64,000 nt of DNA from Cenarchaeum sp. GTDB taxonomy: Archaea; Thermoproteota; Nitrososphaeria; Nitrososphaerales; Nitrosopumilaceae. Where the stretch lies: the NCBI GenBank assembly GCA_965242695.1, contig CBDESU010000001.1, forward strand, positions 1,632,001-1,696,000, in the 5' to 3' direction. Shown here in pieces: positions 9,939 to 19,305 of the stretch (position 1 is the stretch's first letter; every line of letters begins with the position of its first letter). A model generated the notes under the pieces. That model did no database searches. It saw nothing but the letters and a program-made list of their open reading frames with translations, and had not been told where the DNA came from. The translations under genes and the position numbers were made by a program.

Positions 9939-10527
9939 AGTTCCACATCTTTTCGACGCCGTGCCGAATGCCGACCCTGCCGGACTCGGACACGGACGGG
10001 CCGGCGCCGGGGCCCGAGCCCGCCGCGATGTAGACCTCGCTCCCCGAGTCGGTAAGGTCGGCCCCGTACTGCGCCTTGTTGATCTGCATGGCCATGGTCA
10101 GCTTTGCCGGCCCGTCGGCCAGGCCGTCGACCCCGTCCCTGCCGCGGTTGCGCATCATCAGGTCGGCGCCGTCGACCGGCCGGACCGCGCGTATGAGGAC
10201 CGCGCCGGCATCCGAGGCCCCTGCCCGCGCCACCGCGTTGATGCAGTAGTGCATGCCGTACGTAAAGTAGACGTACGCGGTTCCGACCGTGCCGAACATT
10301 GCCCTGTTGCGCTTGGACATGCCGCGGTACGCGTGGCTGGCCGGATCGTCGGACGACCCGTACGCCTCGGTCTCGGTTATTATCCCGGACATTACGAGCG
10401 GCCGCGCCGCGCCGCGCCGGCCGCCGGCGCCCCCCTCGACCCGCACGAGCAGGGCGCCGAGCAGGTCCCTCGCAACGCTCGTCGTCTCGCGCGCATAGAA
10501 CGAGCGCGGCAGCGGCCTTGCCCTCAC
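9925..10527 (-). CDS. mpg: DNA-3-methyladenine glycosylase (MPG/AAG family)
   Basis: VARDLLG, ITETEAY, DPASHA, YVYFTYGMHYCIN, AVLIRA, RVGI; GTG start overlaps the UDG stop (GTGA). Confidence 0.93.
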   Translation of the reverse strand: MRARPLPRSFYARETTSVARDLLGALLVRVEGGAGGRRGAARPLVMSGIITETEAYGSSDDPASHAYRGMSKRNRAMFGTVGTAYVYFTYGMHYCINAVARAGASDAGAVLIRAVRPVDGADLMMRNRGRDGVDGLADGPAKLTMAMQINKAQYGADLTDSGSEVYIAAGSGPGAGPSVSESGRVGIRHGVEKMWNFKIA

Positions 10528-11174
10528 TTTTGCCCCGCCCCCCGGGCCATGGCCGCGAGCGCCCTCATGTCGTCCCTGAGCGCCGGCATCATGGACTTGT
10601 TGTAGATCGTCGCCGCCGGATGGACCGTTATGAAGTAGTCCATCCCCCCGCGCCGCACCGTCGTGCCGCGGTGCCGCGATATGCCGGTCATTCCGAGCAG
10701 CGCGCCGAGCGCCGTGTTGCCCATGATGCAGATCACCGACGGGCGCACGATCGATATCTCCGCATCCAGGTGGGCCCTGCAGGCGGCGCCCTCCTCGTCG
10801 GTCGGGGCGCGGTTGCCGGGCGGCCGGCACTTTACGACGTTTGTAATGTACACCGAGTCGCGCCGCAGGCCGGCGGCCTCCAGCGCATCGTCGAGTCGGG
10901 CGCCGGCGGCCCCGACGAACGGCTCGCCTCGCAGGTCCTCGGATCTGCCCGGCGCCTCGCCGACGAGCATTATCGCCGACGGGACGGCGCCGCGGCCTGG
11001 CACCGCGTGCGTGCGCCCCTCGCACAGGCCGCAGTCCGTGCACTCGGTGACGCGCAGGCGGGCCGCCTCGATCGAGGCACCTCCGGTGCCGGCGCTCAAG
11101 GCCCGTCCCCGCCTCCCCCGGCCGCGCATGCGCTGCGCGTCGGCGGCGGCCTGCGCTCCATGCGCGGGCCCCAA
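10524..11174 (-). CDS. udg: Family 4 uracil-DNA glycosylase
   Basis: CxxC, VGEAPG, PFVGAAG, TNVVKCRPPGNR, HPAA; true start may lie further downstream. Confidence 0.93.
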   Translation of the reverse strand: MGPAHGAQAAADAQRMRGRGRRGRALSAGTGGASIEAARLRVTECTDCGLCEGRTHAVPGRGAVPSAIMLVGEAPGRSEDLRGEPFVGAAGARLDDALEAAGLRRDSVYITNVVKCRPPGNRAPTDEEGAACRAHLDAEISIVRPSVICIMGNTALGALLGMTGISRHRGTTVRRGGMDYFITVHPAATIYNKSMMPALRDDMRALAAMARGAGQK

Positions 11175-11231
11175 ATCGGCTCCTTTTACGCCTTTGGATG
11201 CCTGCCGGCATCGGGCGGCGGCGCCCGGCGG

Positions 11232-11414
11232 CTACGGGCCGTTCGGCGACGAGACGGCCGGCATCGTATAGTACATCTCGTCCTCGAACGCATCGTCGGC
11301 GCGGCCCAGCCGCCGCAGGTGCCCCAGGTACTCGACGCCGTCCCTGTAGAACCGCCCGTTGCGGGCCGGCCGGCGCGCCTCCCGCCCCGCGCCGCCAGCG
11401 GCACCGCCCCCCAT
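11232..11414 (-). CDS. Small hypothetical protein
   Basis: About 60 aa with a protein-like core RNGRFYRDGVEYLGHLRRLG...FEDEMYYTMPAVS. Confidence 0.5.
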   Translation of the reverse strand: MGGGAAGGAGREARRPARNGRFYRDGVEYLGHLRRLGRADDAFEDEMYYTMPAVSSPNGP

Positions 11415-11566
11415 GCCGGCCCGTCGCGCGGCCCGCATTTTCCCCGCCCCGTCAACAAGGCTTGCTCGGCAGGTCAAATTGGGCAGGCCGGCCGGCGCGG
11501 GAGGCCCGGCGCGCGGGGCCGGCGGGGGCGCCCAATTCCTTTATGGGGCCGCGCGCCTGGCGTGGC

Positions 11567-11938
11567 ATGGGCAGGTCGGAGAGGGCCAGGGCGATGGCCC
11601 TTGAGCGCATGGACGCGCTCGTGTCGAGTGCCATCCTCAACGCGCGCGCCGACCCCGCTCTTGCCGCCCGCCAGGCCGCCGCGGCAAGGGCCATCAGCAC
11701 TCGGCACCGCGTCCGCATGCCGTACGGCCTGCGGATGGCGTTCTGCAGGAGGTGCAAGAGCTTTGCGGCGCCGGGGCCCGGCGCCCGCGTGCGCATCGGC
11801 AGGTCCCAGGTCAGGGCCGTGAGGATCACGTGCCGGCTGTGCGGCCACACCTACCGCCGCGTGCTCCCGGCGCCCGGCGGGGGCGCGCGGGGCCGGCGGG
11901 CGGGCAAGGACGCGCCGTCGGGCGCGGGCGCCTTATAA
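11567..11938 (+). CDS. rnp4: Ribonuclease P protein component 4 (Rpp21)
   Basis: ALERMDAL, then FCRRC...RVRI...ITCRLCGHTYR zinc ribbon. Confidence 0.88.
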   Translation: MGRSERARAMALERMDALVSSAILNARADPALAARQAAAARAISTRHRVRMPYGLRMAFCRRCKSFAAPGPGARVRIGRSQVRAVRITCRLCGHTYRRVLPAPGGGARGRRAGKDAPSGAGAL

Positions 11939-11984
11939 ACGGGCGGGCAAGACTTATAAATTATAAGGGCGGCCCGCCATCGAA

Positions 11985-12887
11985 TTGAACCGCCCGCTAG
12001 AGCTGACAAGGGGGTGCCCCGCATGCGCGCAGCGCCGCATCATCACCGACGAGAACACCGGCGAGATGTTCTGCGCCGCGTGCGGGTACGTCATCACGGA
12101 CAGGATCGCCGACGAGGGCGCCGAGTGGAGGGCCTTTTCGAGCGACGACGTGAACAGGTCTAGGGTCGGCGCGCGCACGTCGCTGAAGATGCACGACATG
12201 GGCCTGTCGACGGTCATTGGCCCCGTCAACAAGGACTCTACGGGCAAGCCGCTGCCGTCGACGGTCAAGACGTCGATCGAGAGGCTCCGCACCTGGGACA
12301 ACCGCACGCAGGCGCACTCTTCGTCCGACCGCAACCTCCGCCAGGCCCTCAACGAGATGGGCAAGATGAAGGACAAGCTGGCCCTCGGCGATGCGGTCAT
12401 TGAAAAGGCCGCCTACATCTACCGCAAGGCCATGGAGAAGCAGCTCGTCCGCGGCAGGTCCATACACGGCATGGTCGCCGCGTGCGTGTACGCCGCCTGC
12501 CGGACGACCGAGACGCCGCGCACCCTTGACGACATCGGCGATGGGATAAACGTGAGGCGCAAGGACGTCGCAAGGTGCTACCGGCTCCTGTACAGGGAGC
12601 TGGACCTGAAGATGCCCGTCGTCGACCCCGTAAAGGGCGTCTCGCGGATAGCGAGCATCGCAAAGCTGAGCGAGAGGACGAAGCGGAGGGCCATACGCAT
12701 ACTGGACAAGGCCAAGAGGCTCGGCATGGTCGCCGGCAAGGACCCCATGGGCATCGCCGCCGCTGCGCTGTACCTGGCCTGCATCAGCAACGGCGAGGTA
12801 AAGTCGCAGAGGGACATTTCGATCGCCTCGGGGGTCACCGAGGTGACGATCCGCAACCGGTGCGCCGGCCTCAAGAAGATCGCCTGA
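11985..12887 (+). CDS. tfb: Transcription initiation factor IIB
   Basis: Zn ribbon CPAC...CAACG, EWRAF, two cyclin repeats, GVTEVTIRNR. Confidence 0.96.
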   Translation: MNRPLELTRGCPACAQRRIITDENTGEMFCAACGYVITDRIADEGAEWRAFSSDDVNRSRVGARTSLKMHDMGLSTVIGPVNKDSTGKPLPSTVKTSIERLRTWDNRTQAHSSSDRNLRQALNEMGKMKDKLALGDAVIEKAAYIYRKAMEKQLVRGRSIHGMVAACVYAACRTTETPRTLDDIGDGINVRRKDVARCYRLLYRELDLKMPVVDPVKGVSRIASIAKLSERTKRRAIRILDKAKRLGMVAGKDPMGIAAAALYLACISNGEVKSQRDISIASGVTEVTIRNRCAGLKKIA

Positions 12888-13164
12888 GCCACTGCCGGCA
12901 GGGCGGGGCGGCGCTGGCTCGGCACGACGCTACGGGGCGCCTCCCGGCCGCATACCACGGCAACCCACGGCCCGCCGCACACGACGATCCCGTCCCGGCT
13001 GAGGGGCGCCTCCTGCTGCGCGCTGCGGCGGCCCCGGTCGCCGCGCGTCCCGCAGCCGGCCCGCCCCGCCGGCGCATTCGCGCAGCAGCCTAGGGCGCGG
13101 CAGGGCGGCAGGAGCGGGCCGCGGGCCGCGAATGAGGGAAAGAAAAGAGGGGGCGGCGGAGGGG

Positions 13165-13404
13165 CTACTCTTGGCCCTCGATGCCCATGAGCGTCAGCGT
13201 GGAGCGGATCTTGTCGATCTTGCGTATCTTCCACGTGATGGTCTCGCGAAGCACGCTGACCTCGGGGGCATCCACCTTTGCAAGTATGTCGTACGCCCCG
13301 AACGTCCCGTGCACCTCCTTGACTGCGTCGAGCGCCTTTAGCTGCCCTATGACCGCCTCTTCCGAGCCGAGCTCGCAGTTGATCAGCACGTATGCCGATG
13401 CCAT
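13165..13404 (-). CDS. Lrp/AsnC ligand-binding domain protein
   Basis: AYVLINCELG...GTFGAYDILAKV...IRSTLTL. Confidence 0.9.
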   Translation of the reverse strand: MASAYVLINCELGSEEAVIGQLKALDAVKEVHGTFGAYDILAKVDAPEVSVLRETITWKIRKIDKIRSTLTLMGIEGQE

Positions 13405-13510
13405 TGCCGTCAGTGCCGGGCCGCAGTATATAGGGCAATCCGGCCAAAAACCTCACAGATGCAAGGCGAGGCGGCGGATTTCCAAACGGATGGACGCCCG
13501 CGGCGCGGCG

Positions 13511-13918
13511 CTAAAAGTAGCCGGGCCCCGCCGCCTTGAGCGGCTTGACGGCGTCGAGTATCTTGAACGGGATGGCGCCAAAGTCCATGTCCCTCTCGCC
13601 CGAGGCGAGCAGGACGGCGTTGTCGGCCAGCGGGAAGCTCATGAGTATGACCTTGTCCCGGTACGAGAGCGAAAAGTGGACCGCGCCGAGCTCGGCGTCG
13701 AACTCGCGCCGCATCCTCACGCGCAGGACTAGCTCCATGAACATCATCTCGTCCTGCTGCTTTGCCTCTAGCGACTGCAGGTCGCCCTTCATGCCGCCTG
13801 CGACGAGGTGGCCCCGGTGGTTGATGATCCTGGCCGACCGCATCTTCGGGTCGATGTCCATAACGGCCTTGCAGATGGCCTCGGCGTCGATCTCCCCGCC
13901 CATGCCCGCCGTGCCCAA
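13511..13918 (-). CDS. Thaumarchaeal DUF6659-like protein
   Basis: IDPKMRSARIINHRGHLVAGGM...FDAELGAVHFSLSYRDKV; start may be 13903. Confidence 0.75.
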   Translation of the reverse strand: MGTAGMGGEIDAEAICKAVMDIDPKMRSARIINHRGHLVAGGMKGDLQSLEAKQQDEMMFMELVLRVRMRREFDAELGAVHFSLSYRDKVILMSFPLADNAVLLASGERDMDFGAIPFKILDAVKPLKAAGPGYF

Positions 13919-13955
13919 CCGATCTATTTATTGCGAACTGCCGGTTGGCTGGGGC

Positions 13956-15119
13956 ATGGCCGCGGGCGCATCGGGGGGCGGGGCAGGGCGGGACGACGGC
14001 CCGCCCGACACCAAGGCCAAGATCCGGGAGGCCGCGGGCGCATCGGAGGGCGGGACCGGGCGGGACGGCGAGGGATCCGCCGGCGGGGGCGCGGGCCACG
14101 GCGGGCAGCGGCAGGGGACAGGGGGCGCTGGCCACGGCGGGCAGCGGCAGGGGACAGGGGGCGCTGGCGGCGGGCAGCGGCAGGGCGAGTCCGGCGCCGC
14201 GGGCGCGGCCGCGGGCCACGGCGGGCAGCGGCAGGGCGAGTCCGGCGCCGCGGGCGCGGCCGCGGGCCACGGCGGGCAGCGGCAGGGCGAGTCCGGCGCC
14301 GCGGGCGCGGCCGCGGGCCACGGCGGGCAGCGGCAGGGCGAGTCCGGCGCCGCGGGCGCGGCCGCGGGCCACGGCGGGCAGCGGCAGGGCGAGTCCGGCG
14401 CCGCGGGCGCGGCCGCTGGGTCGGAGACCGGCAGAGGGCAGGCCGCAGGAGGGGACGCCCGCACCCGCCCCGGCACGGGGTCGGATGCCGGCGGTGCCGA
14501 CCCCCTCGCGGACGCGCGGGAGCAGTTCAGGCACGTCTCGCTGTTCTGGACGGACCTGATACACCTGATGTCAAGCAAGCCGCAGGCTCTCACCTCGGCG
14601 GGCCCCATGCGCAACTACGCCGAGAATGCAAAGGCGATCGCAACGGAGATGCTCGCCGCAGGCCAGGACGCGGCGGAGTTTAGCGAGGCGCTCTCAAAGT
14701 ACTACGACCAGCTCGCAGCCACGTGGGCAAGCGCGCAGCGCAAGGTCGACGCAAAGCTGCCGCGCATACCAAACGACCTCGAGCGCTTCGAGGCGTACAA
14801 GCGCGTGTGGATAGACATGTTCGACAACGACTTTACCGAGCTGTTCGACTCGAAGGGGTTCGGCGACAACTACGGCCGCCTAGTCTCGAAGGAGCTGGAC
14901 CTGGCGCGCCACTGGAACAACATAATGAACGTCGTGCTGCGCTCTGCAAACCTGCCGAACAAAAAGGACATCGACGGGGTGTACCGCGAGCTGCACGGCC
15001 TCAAGCGGCGCATCTCAAAGCTAGAGTCCGAGAACCGGCGGCTGAGGGCGGCGGCCGGGGAGTCCGGCGCGGGCGGCGGCCCGCCGGCGCCCGGCGAGGG
15101 GGGCGCCGATGCGCCATGA
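13956..15119 (+). CDS. phaE: Class III PHA synthase subunit PhaE with Gly/Ala-rich repeat N-terminal extension
   Basis: C-terminal YKRVWIDMFDNDFTELF...NLPNKKDIDGVYRELHGLKRRI; overlaps the phaC start (ATGA). Confidence 0.85.
   Translation: MAAGASGGGAGRDDGPPDTKAKIREAAGASEGGTGRDGEGSAGGGAGHGGQRQGTGGAGHGGQRQGTGGAGGGQRQGESGAAGAAAGHGGQRQGESGAAGAAAGHGGQRQGESGAAGAAAGHGGQRQGESGAAGAAAGHGGQRQGESGAAGAAAGSETGRGQAAGGDARTRPGTGSDAGGADPLADAREQFRHVSLFWTDLIHLMSSKPQALTSAGPMRNYAENAKAIATEMLAAGQDAAEFSEALSKYYDQLAATWASAQRKVDAKLPRIPNDLERFEAYKRVWIDMFDNDFTELFDSKGFGDNYGRLVSKELDLARHWNNIMNVVLRSANLPNKKDIDGVYRELHGLKRRISKLESENRRLRAAAGESGAGGGPPAPGEGGADAP
14094..14418 (+). repeat. In-frame 51-bp tandem repeat (GHGGQRQGESGAAGAAA) plus 36-bp variants
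   Basis: About 5 copies of the 51-bp unit preceded by two shorter variants. Confidence 0.93.
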
Positions 15120-16180
15120 CCGACGAGGTCGTCGACCCGAGGGTAGTCGAGGCGCTGCTAAAGTTTGGCCACAACGTCAGCGTCGCGCCGCGCCTTGTCG
15201 CGGCCCCCGACGAGATCAGCATCGAGACGACCGACCACGACGTGGTGCACGTGCACGACAAGGTGCGCCTGCTCCACTACAGGCCGCTCGCTCCGCGCCG
15301 CCGCCGCACCCCCGTCGTCATCGCGTACGCCCTGATCAACCGGTACCACATACTCGACATACACCCGCGCAAGAGCTGGGTGCGCAGCCTGCTCTCGCAG
15401 GGGTTCGACGTGTACATGATAGACTGGGGCACGCCGTCCGACGCCGACCGCTACCTGGACTTTGACGACTACGTCAACGGATACATCGACGGCTGCGTCG
15501 ACTTTGCAATGGCCGAGTCCGGATCCGGCACGGTCTCGCTTCAGGGGTACTGCACCGGCGGCACGCTGGCGGTCACGTACGCGGCCCTGCACCCGGAAAA
15601 GGTCCGCAACCTGGTGGCGACGGCGCCGGTCATCGACGGCTGGCGCGACACGACGGTCGTGAGCAACATTGCAAAGCACGTCGACGTCGACAAGATGGTC
15701 GATACGATAGGCAACATGCCGCCCGAGTTCATGTACTACTGCTTTTCCGTCCTCAAGCCGTTCGAGCAGGGCATCGAAAAGTACGTCAACTTCTTCAAGA
15801 ACATAGAGAACGAGGGCTTTGTAGACGGGTTCATGCGGGTCGAAAAGTGGCTCGCCGACACGCCCCCGATACCCGGCGAGCTGTTCCGGCAGTGGATAAG
15901 GGACATCTACCAGAAGAACCTCCTGGTCAACAGCCGCATGGAGGTCGGCGGCCGCCGGGTCGACCTCAAGGACATCCGCATGCCGATATTCACGCAGGTC
16001 GCCGTCGGCGACCACCTCGTCTCGCCCGAGTGCAGCATGCCGCTGCACTACGCGGTAGGCAGCGACGACAAGGTCATGCGCATCTACCCGACCGGCCACG
16101 TCGGGATGATAGCAAGCTCGCTGTCGCAAAAGAGGGTCCTGCCCGAGCTCGGGCGGTGGCTGGCCGAGAGGTCGGAATGA
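15116..16180 (+). CDS. phaC: Class III poly(R)-hydroxyalkanoate synthase subunit PhaC
   Basis: YALINRYHILD, VYMIDWG, lipase-like box GYCTGG, DHLV, GHVG. Confidence 0.95.
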   Translation: MTDEVVDPRVVEALLKFGHNVSVAPRLVAAPDEISIETTDHDVVHVHDKVRLLHYRPLAPRRRRTPVVIAYALINRYHILDIHPRKSWVRSLLSQGFDVYMIDWGTPSDADRYLDFDDYVNGYIDGCVDFAMAESGSGTVSLQGYCTGGTLAVTYAALHPEKVRNLVATAPVIDGWRDTTVVSNIAKHVDVDKMVDTIGNMPPEFMYYCFSVLKPFEQGIEKYVNFFKNIENEGFVDGFMRVEKWLADTPPIPGELFRQWIRDIYQKNLLVNSRMEVGGRRVDLKDIRMPIFTQVAVGDHLVSPECSMPLHYAVGSDDKVMRIYPTGHVGMIASSLSQKRVLPELGRWLAERSE

Positions 16181-17922
16181 CGGCCGGTGGGAGGGGGCGC
16201 CCGCGGGGGCGGGCGCCGCCCGTCTTGCTCAACGAGTTCTACTCGGAGATGGCAAGGCGTGCGCGCGACGCGGGGATAAAGCTGCCGCACCGCGTCCGGC
16301 GGCAGGGGGTACAACCGGCAGACGACGGCTGGCGCGACCGCACCCTCGCTGAAATGTACGAGAATACGGACCAGGCGCACCGCAGGAAGCTCGGCCAGTT
16401 TGCCACGCCCCCCGACATTGCAGAGTTCATGGTGTCGTACGGGCTGCGCGGGGGAGTCAGGACCGTCCTGGATCCCGCCTGCGGCACCGGAATATTCCTG
16501 GACAAGCTCCTAGAGGCCGGCAGCGGGGCCGCCCTGTACGGAATCGACGTCGACCCCATGATGGTCAACGCCTGCCACCTCGACATGCTGGCAAAGCACG
16601 GCGCGCCGGCGGCCGGGCATCTGCGCCTGCTCGCGGCCGACTATCTGGCAGGCGATGCCAACGTTCCGGCGGCGGACTTTCTGGTCTGCAACCCGCCGTA
16701 CGTCAACTTTCACGGGTTCGACCGCGCGCTGATATCCCGCGTAGAAAGGGATGCGGGGGCGAGGCTGAGCAGGCTTACAAACCTGTACGCCCTCTTCATG
16801 ATAAGGGCGCCGCGCTCCGTCAGGGAGGGCGGAACGATGGTGTTCATCACGCCGGCCGAGTTCTTCTACACTGGGTACGGGAGGGCCGTAAAGTCGTTCA
16901 TGGCCGAGAACCTCACCCTGGACGCCTTCATAACATTCGACTTTGCAAGGACTGTGTTCGGCAAGGCCCTGACGACCTCCACCATATCCGTCATGACCAA
17001 CAAAAGGCCCGCCGCCGGCCACGCGACCGCGTTCGTCGCCGCCAGGTCCCTAGACGGCGTGCGCAGGGCCATCGAGGGAGACCCGCAAAAGGGCGTCAGG
17101 GTGAGGCGCGTGCGGCAGGAAGAGATGGATTCCGGATCGAGGTGGCAGAACTACCTTGCCGCCCCGCGGCCCGCGGGCGGGCGGGGGCGCGCATTACTCG
17201 TCCCGCTCTCGCACGAGGCCGACGTCAAGCGGGGGATTGCAAGCGGGTCGAACGCCTTCTTCACCCTCACGGATGCCGAGCGCGACCAGTGGGGGATCGA
17301 GGACAGGTTCCTCGTGCCGGTCGTATCCAGGGCCGGGCAGTGCCGCGGGTACGAGATCACGCGGAGGCACATGAGGGATCTTGGCGCCGCCGGCCACAAG
17401 ATCCACCTGCTGTACTGCACCGGCCCACCGTCGGCGAGCCTCCGCCGCTACATAGCGGACGGCGAGCGGCGCGGAATCGACAGGGGGTACCTGTGCAGGC
17501 ACAGGACACCGTGGTACTCTACGGAGGCGAGGGAGCCCGCGCCGATACTTGCGACCGTGTTCAGCAGGGACAACATGAGGTTCGTCCACAACAGGGCCGG
17601 ATGCCTAAACCTCGCGTCGCACCACTGCATCTACCCGCGCTACGGCGACAGCGCAAGGGTCAGGGCCCTGCTCTGCTACCTCAACTCGTCGCACTGCATG
17701 TCGGCGCAGGTAGGGGCGCGGCGCGAGTACGGCAACGGCCTGCACAAGTTCGAGCCCGGCGACCTGAAGGAGCTTCCCGTCCTCCCCGTGAGCCGCCTAG
17801 GCGCTAGAGCCGTCTCGGAGCTGGCGCGGCTGTTCGACGGCATGCGCATGGGAACCGGCGGCGCACGGGAGCGCGCCGACAAGGGGGTGTCAGAGGCCAT
17901 CGCAAGCTTGGGGCGCCCCTGA
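16177..17922 (+). CDS. N6-adenine DNA methyltransferase (gamma class, M.AccI-like), apparently orphan
   Basis: GQFATP, motif I VLDPACGTGIF, motif IV NPPY, C-terminal YGNGLHKFEP. Confidence 0.9.
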   Translation: MTAGGRGRPRGRAPPVLLNEFYSEMARRARDAGIKLPHRVRRQGVQPADDGWRDRTLAEMYENTDQAHRRKLGQFATPPDIAEFMVSYGLRGGVRTVLDPACGTGIFLDKLLEAGSGAALYGIDVDPMMVNACHLDMLAKHGAPAAGHLRLLAADYLAGDANVPAADFLVCNPPYVNFHGFDRALISRVERDAGARLSRLTNLYALFMIRAPRSVREGGTMVFITPAEFFYTGYGRAVKSFMAENLTLDAFITFDFARTVFGKALTTSTISVMTNKRPAAGHATAFVAARSLDGVRRAIEGDPQKGVRVRRVRQEEMDSGSRWQNYLAAPRPAGGRGRALLVPLSHEADVKRGIASGSNAFFTLTDAERDQWGIEDRFLVPVVSRAGQCRGYEITRRHMRDLGAAGHKIHLLYCTGPPSASLRRYIADGERRGIDRGYLCRHRTPWYSTEAREPAPILATVFSRDNMRFVHNRAGCLNLASHHCIYPRYGDSARVRALLCYLNSSHCMSAQVGARREYGNGLHKFEPGDLKELPVLPVSRLGARAVSELARLFDGMRMGTGGARERADKGVSEAIASLGRP

Positions 17923-17993
17923 CGGGCGGCGGTGCGGATCGGGGTGCTGTCGCCTCTCTTTAAAATCTTATACACACCCTTCTGCGGCACACC

Positions 17994-18214
17994 TTGATGC
18001 GGCTACCATAGGCGGCAAGTGGACCGAGGAGGATACCCTTCTGTGCAGGAGGGCCAGAGAAAGCGGCACGGTCATTGACAAGGCGACGGGCGAGCCCATG
18101 ACGTTTGCCAAGATGCGCGCGCAGTACGACGACTACGAGCCCGTCCGCGCTGGCCGAGTCGACTTTGAAACGTTTATAAAAGACAGGATCGGAGTGCGCC
18201 CACTTGAAGACTGA
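17994..18214 (+). pseudogene. Small ORF with frameshifted start; putative antitoxin
   Basis: Open frame 17996-18214 (DAATIGGKWTEEDTLL...RVDFETFIKDRIGVRPLED); out-of-frame TTG about 22 nt after a TATA-like box. Confidence 0.45.
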
Positions 18215-18442
18215 GCGATTTGTGCCTACGTACAGCATTTACAGGCAGTACAGCATTGAATGGCACACCCGCAGGATTTTTGTCGACAAGTGCATCGAAG
18301 AGCTTGAGCGCGGACGGCCGTAATCATGCGCTGCCCCGATCGCAACGACTCGTATGCTGACTGCGGCACCTGTCGCATATACTTTGACAGCCGCCGCAAC
18401 CTTCTCGAGTACAAAATTACCCGGGGGGAACCCTGCGAATAG
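18204..18442 (+). pseudogene. Frameshifted RelE/ParE-like toxin candidate
   Basis: TTG overlaps the upstream ORF; two frames (18204-18323 and 18326-18442) join to about 79 aa containing CGTCRIYFD, reminiscent of RelE VGDYRIIY. Confidence 0.4.
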
Positions 18443-18641
18443 GGGAGGCGCGCGCCCGCTGCGGGCGCAGCAAGCGGCGCAGGTCTACTCGACGGGACGC
18501 AGGCCGCGCCGGCGAGACGGTTCGTCTATCCCTCTTCTCCCCCTGCAATGCGCTGGCCGCCCGATGCGCAAAGTGCCAAGACGGGACGGCGGCGCTGCGT
18601 CCCGCGGATGACTTTTATACCGCCGGTAGCCCCCGCCCGGC

Positions 18642-19283
18642 ATGGCGGCGGCCAAGAGGGGCGCAAAGAGGGCTGGCAGGGCGGCGGCCGCACCGCGGGC
18701 AAAAAAGGGGCCTCACGTGGTCGGCGTCGAGGTCCTGCGGCAGAACGGCCTAGACGTCGACGAGCTCGTCCGCCAGCTCGTCGTCAACTCGTCGGTCGAG
18801 TTCACCGCGTACTACTACTTTACGCTGCTTCGCGCCAACTGCACGGGGCTGGAGGGCGAGGGAATCAAGGGGATCATCGAGGATGCGAGGCTCGAGGACC
18901 TGAGCCACTTCGAGTCGTGCATCGAGCGCATCTACCAGCTAGGCGGGCAGCTGCCCCGCGATGCGACCGACTATATCCGCATGTCCGGCTGCGAGTTCCT
19001 CCGGCTGCCGCCCGGCAACCCGACAGACCTCAAGGAGATACTCGAGAGGTGCCTAAAGGCCGAGCAGGGGGCGATCGTGAACTGGAACAAGGTCTGCCGC
19101 ATGACCGAGGGCAAGGATCCCGCCACGTACGACATCGCCAAGGACATACTCGCCGAGGAGATCGAGCACGAGTCGTGGTTTCTGGAGCTGCTGCACGGCA
19201 GGCCATCGGGCCACATGAGGCGCAGGTACGCCGGCGAGCGGCCGCACACGCGCAAGCACTCGCGCGCGCTCGACATGGCCTGA
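18642..19283 (+). CDS. dps: Dps-like (DpsL/thioferritin) protein
   Basis: EFTAYYY, EDARLEDLSHFE, SGC, AEQGAI, EEIEHESWF, PSGH; basic N-terminal extension. Confidence 0.92.
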   Translation: MAAAKRGAKRAGRAAAAPRAKKGPHVVGVEVLRQNGLDVDELVRQLVVNSSVEFTAYYYFTLLRANCTGLEGEGIKGIIEDARLEDLSHFESCIERIYQLGGQLPRDATDYIRMSGCEFLRLPPGNPTDLKEILERCLKAEQGAIVNWNKVCRMTEGKDPATYDIAKDILAEEIEHESWFLELLHGRPSGHMRRRYAGERPHTRKHSRALDMA

Positions 19284-19305
19284 CCGCCCCGATCGCGGCG
19301 CGCCG

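Noticed and set aside
9925-11211. Apparent 428-aa MPG with a long N-terminal extension, or a UDG-MPG fusion
   Set aside because: UDG and MPG are in different frames with a normal GTGA stop/start overlap; they are two genes.
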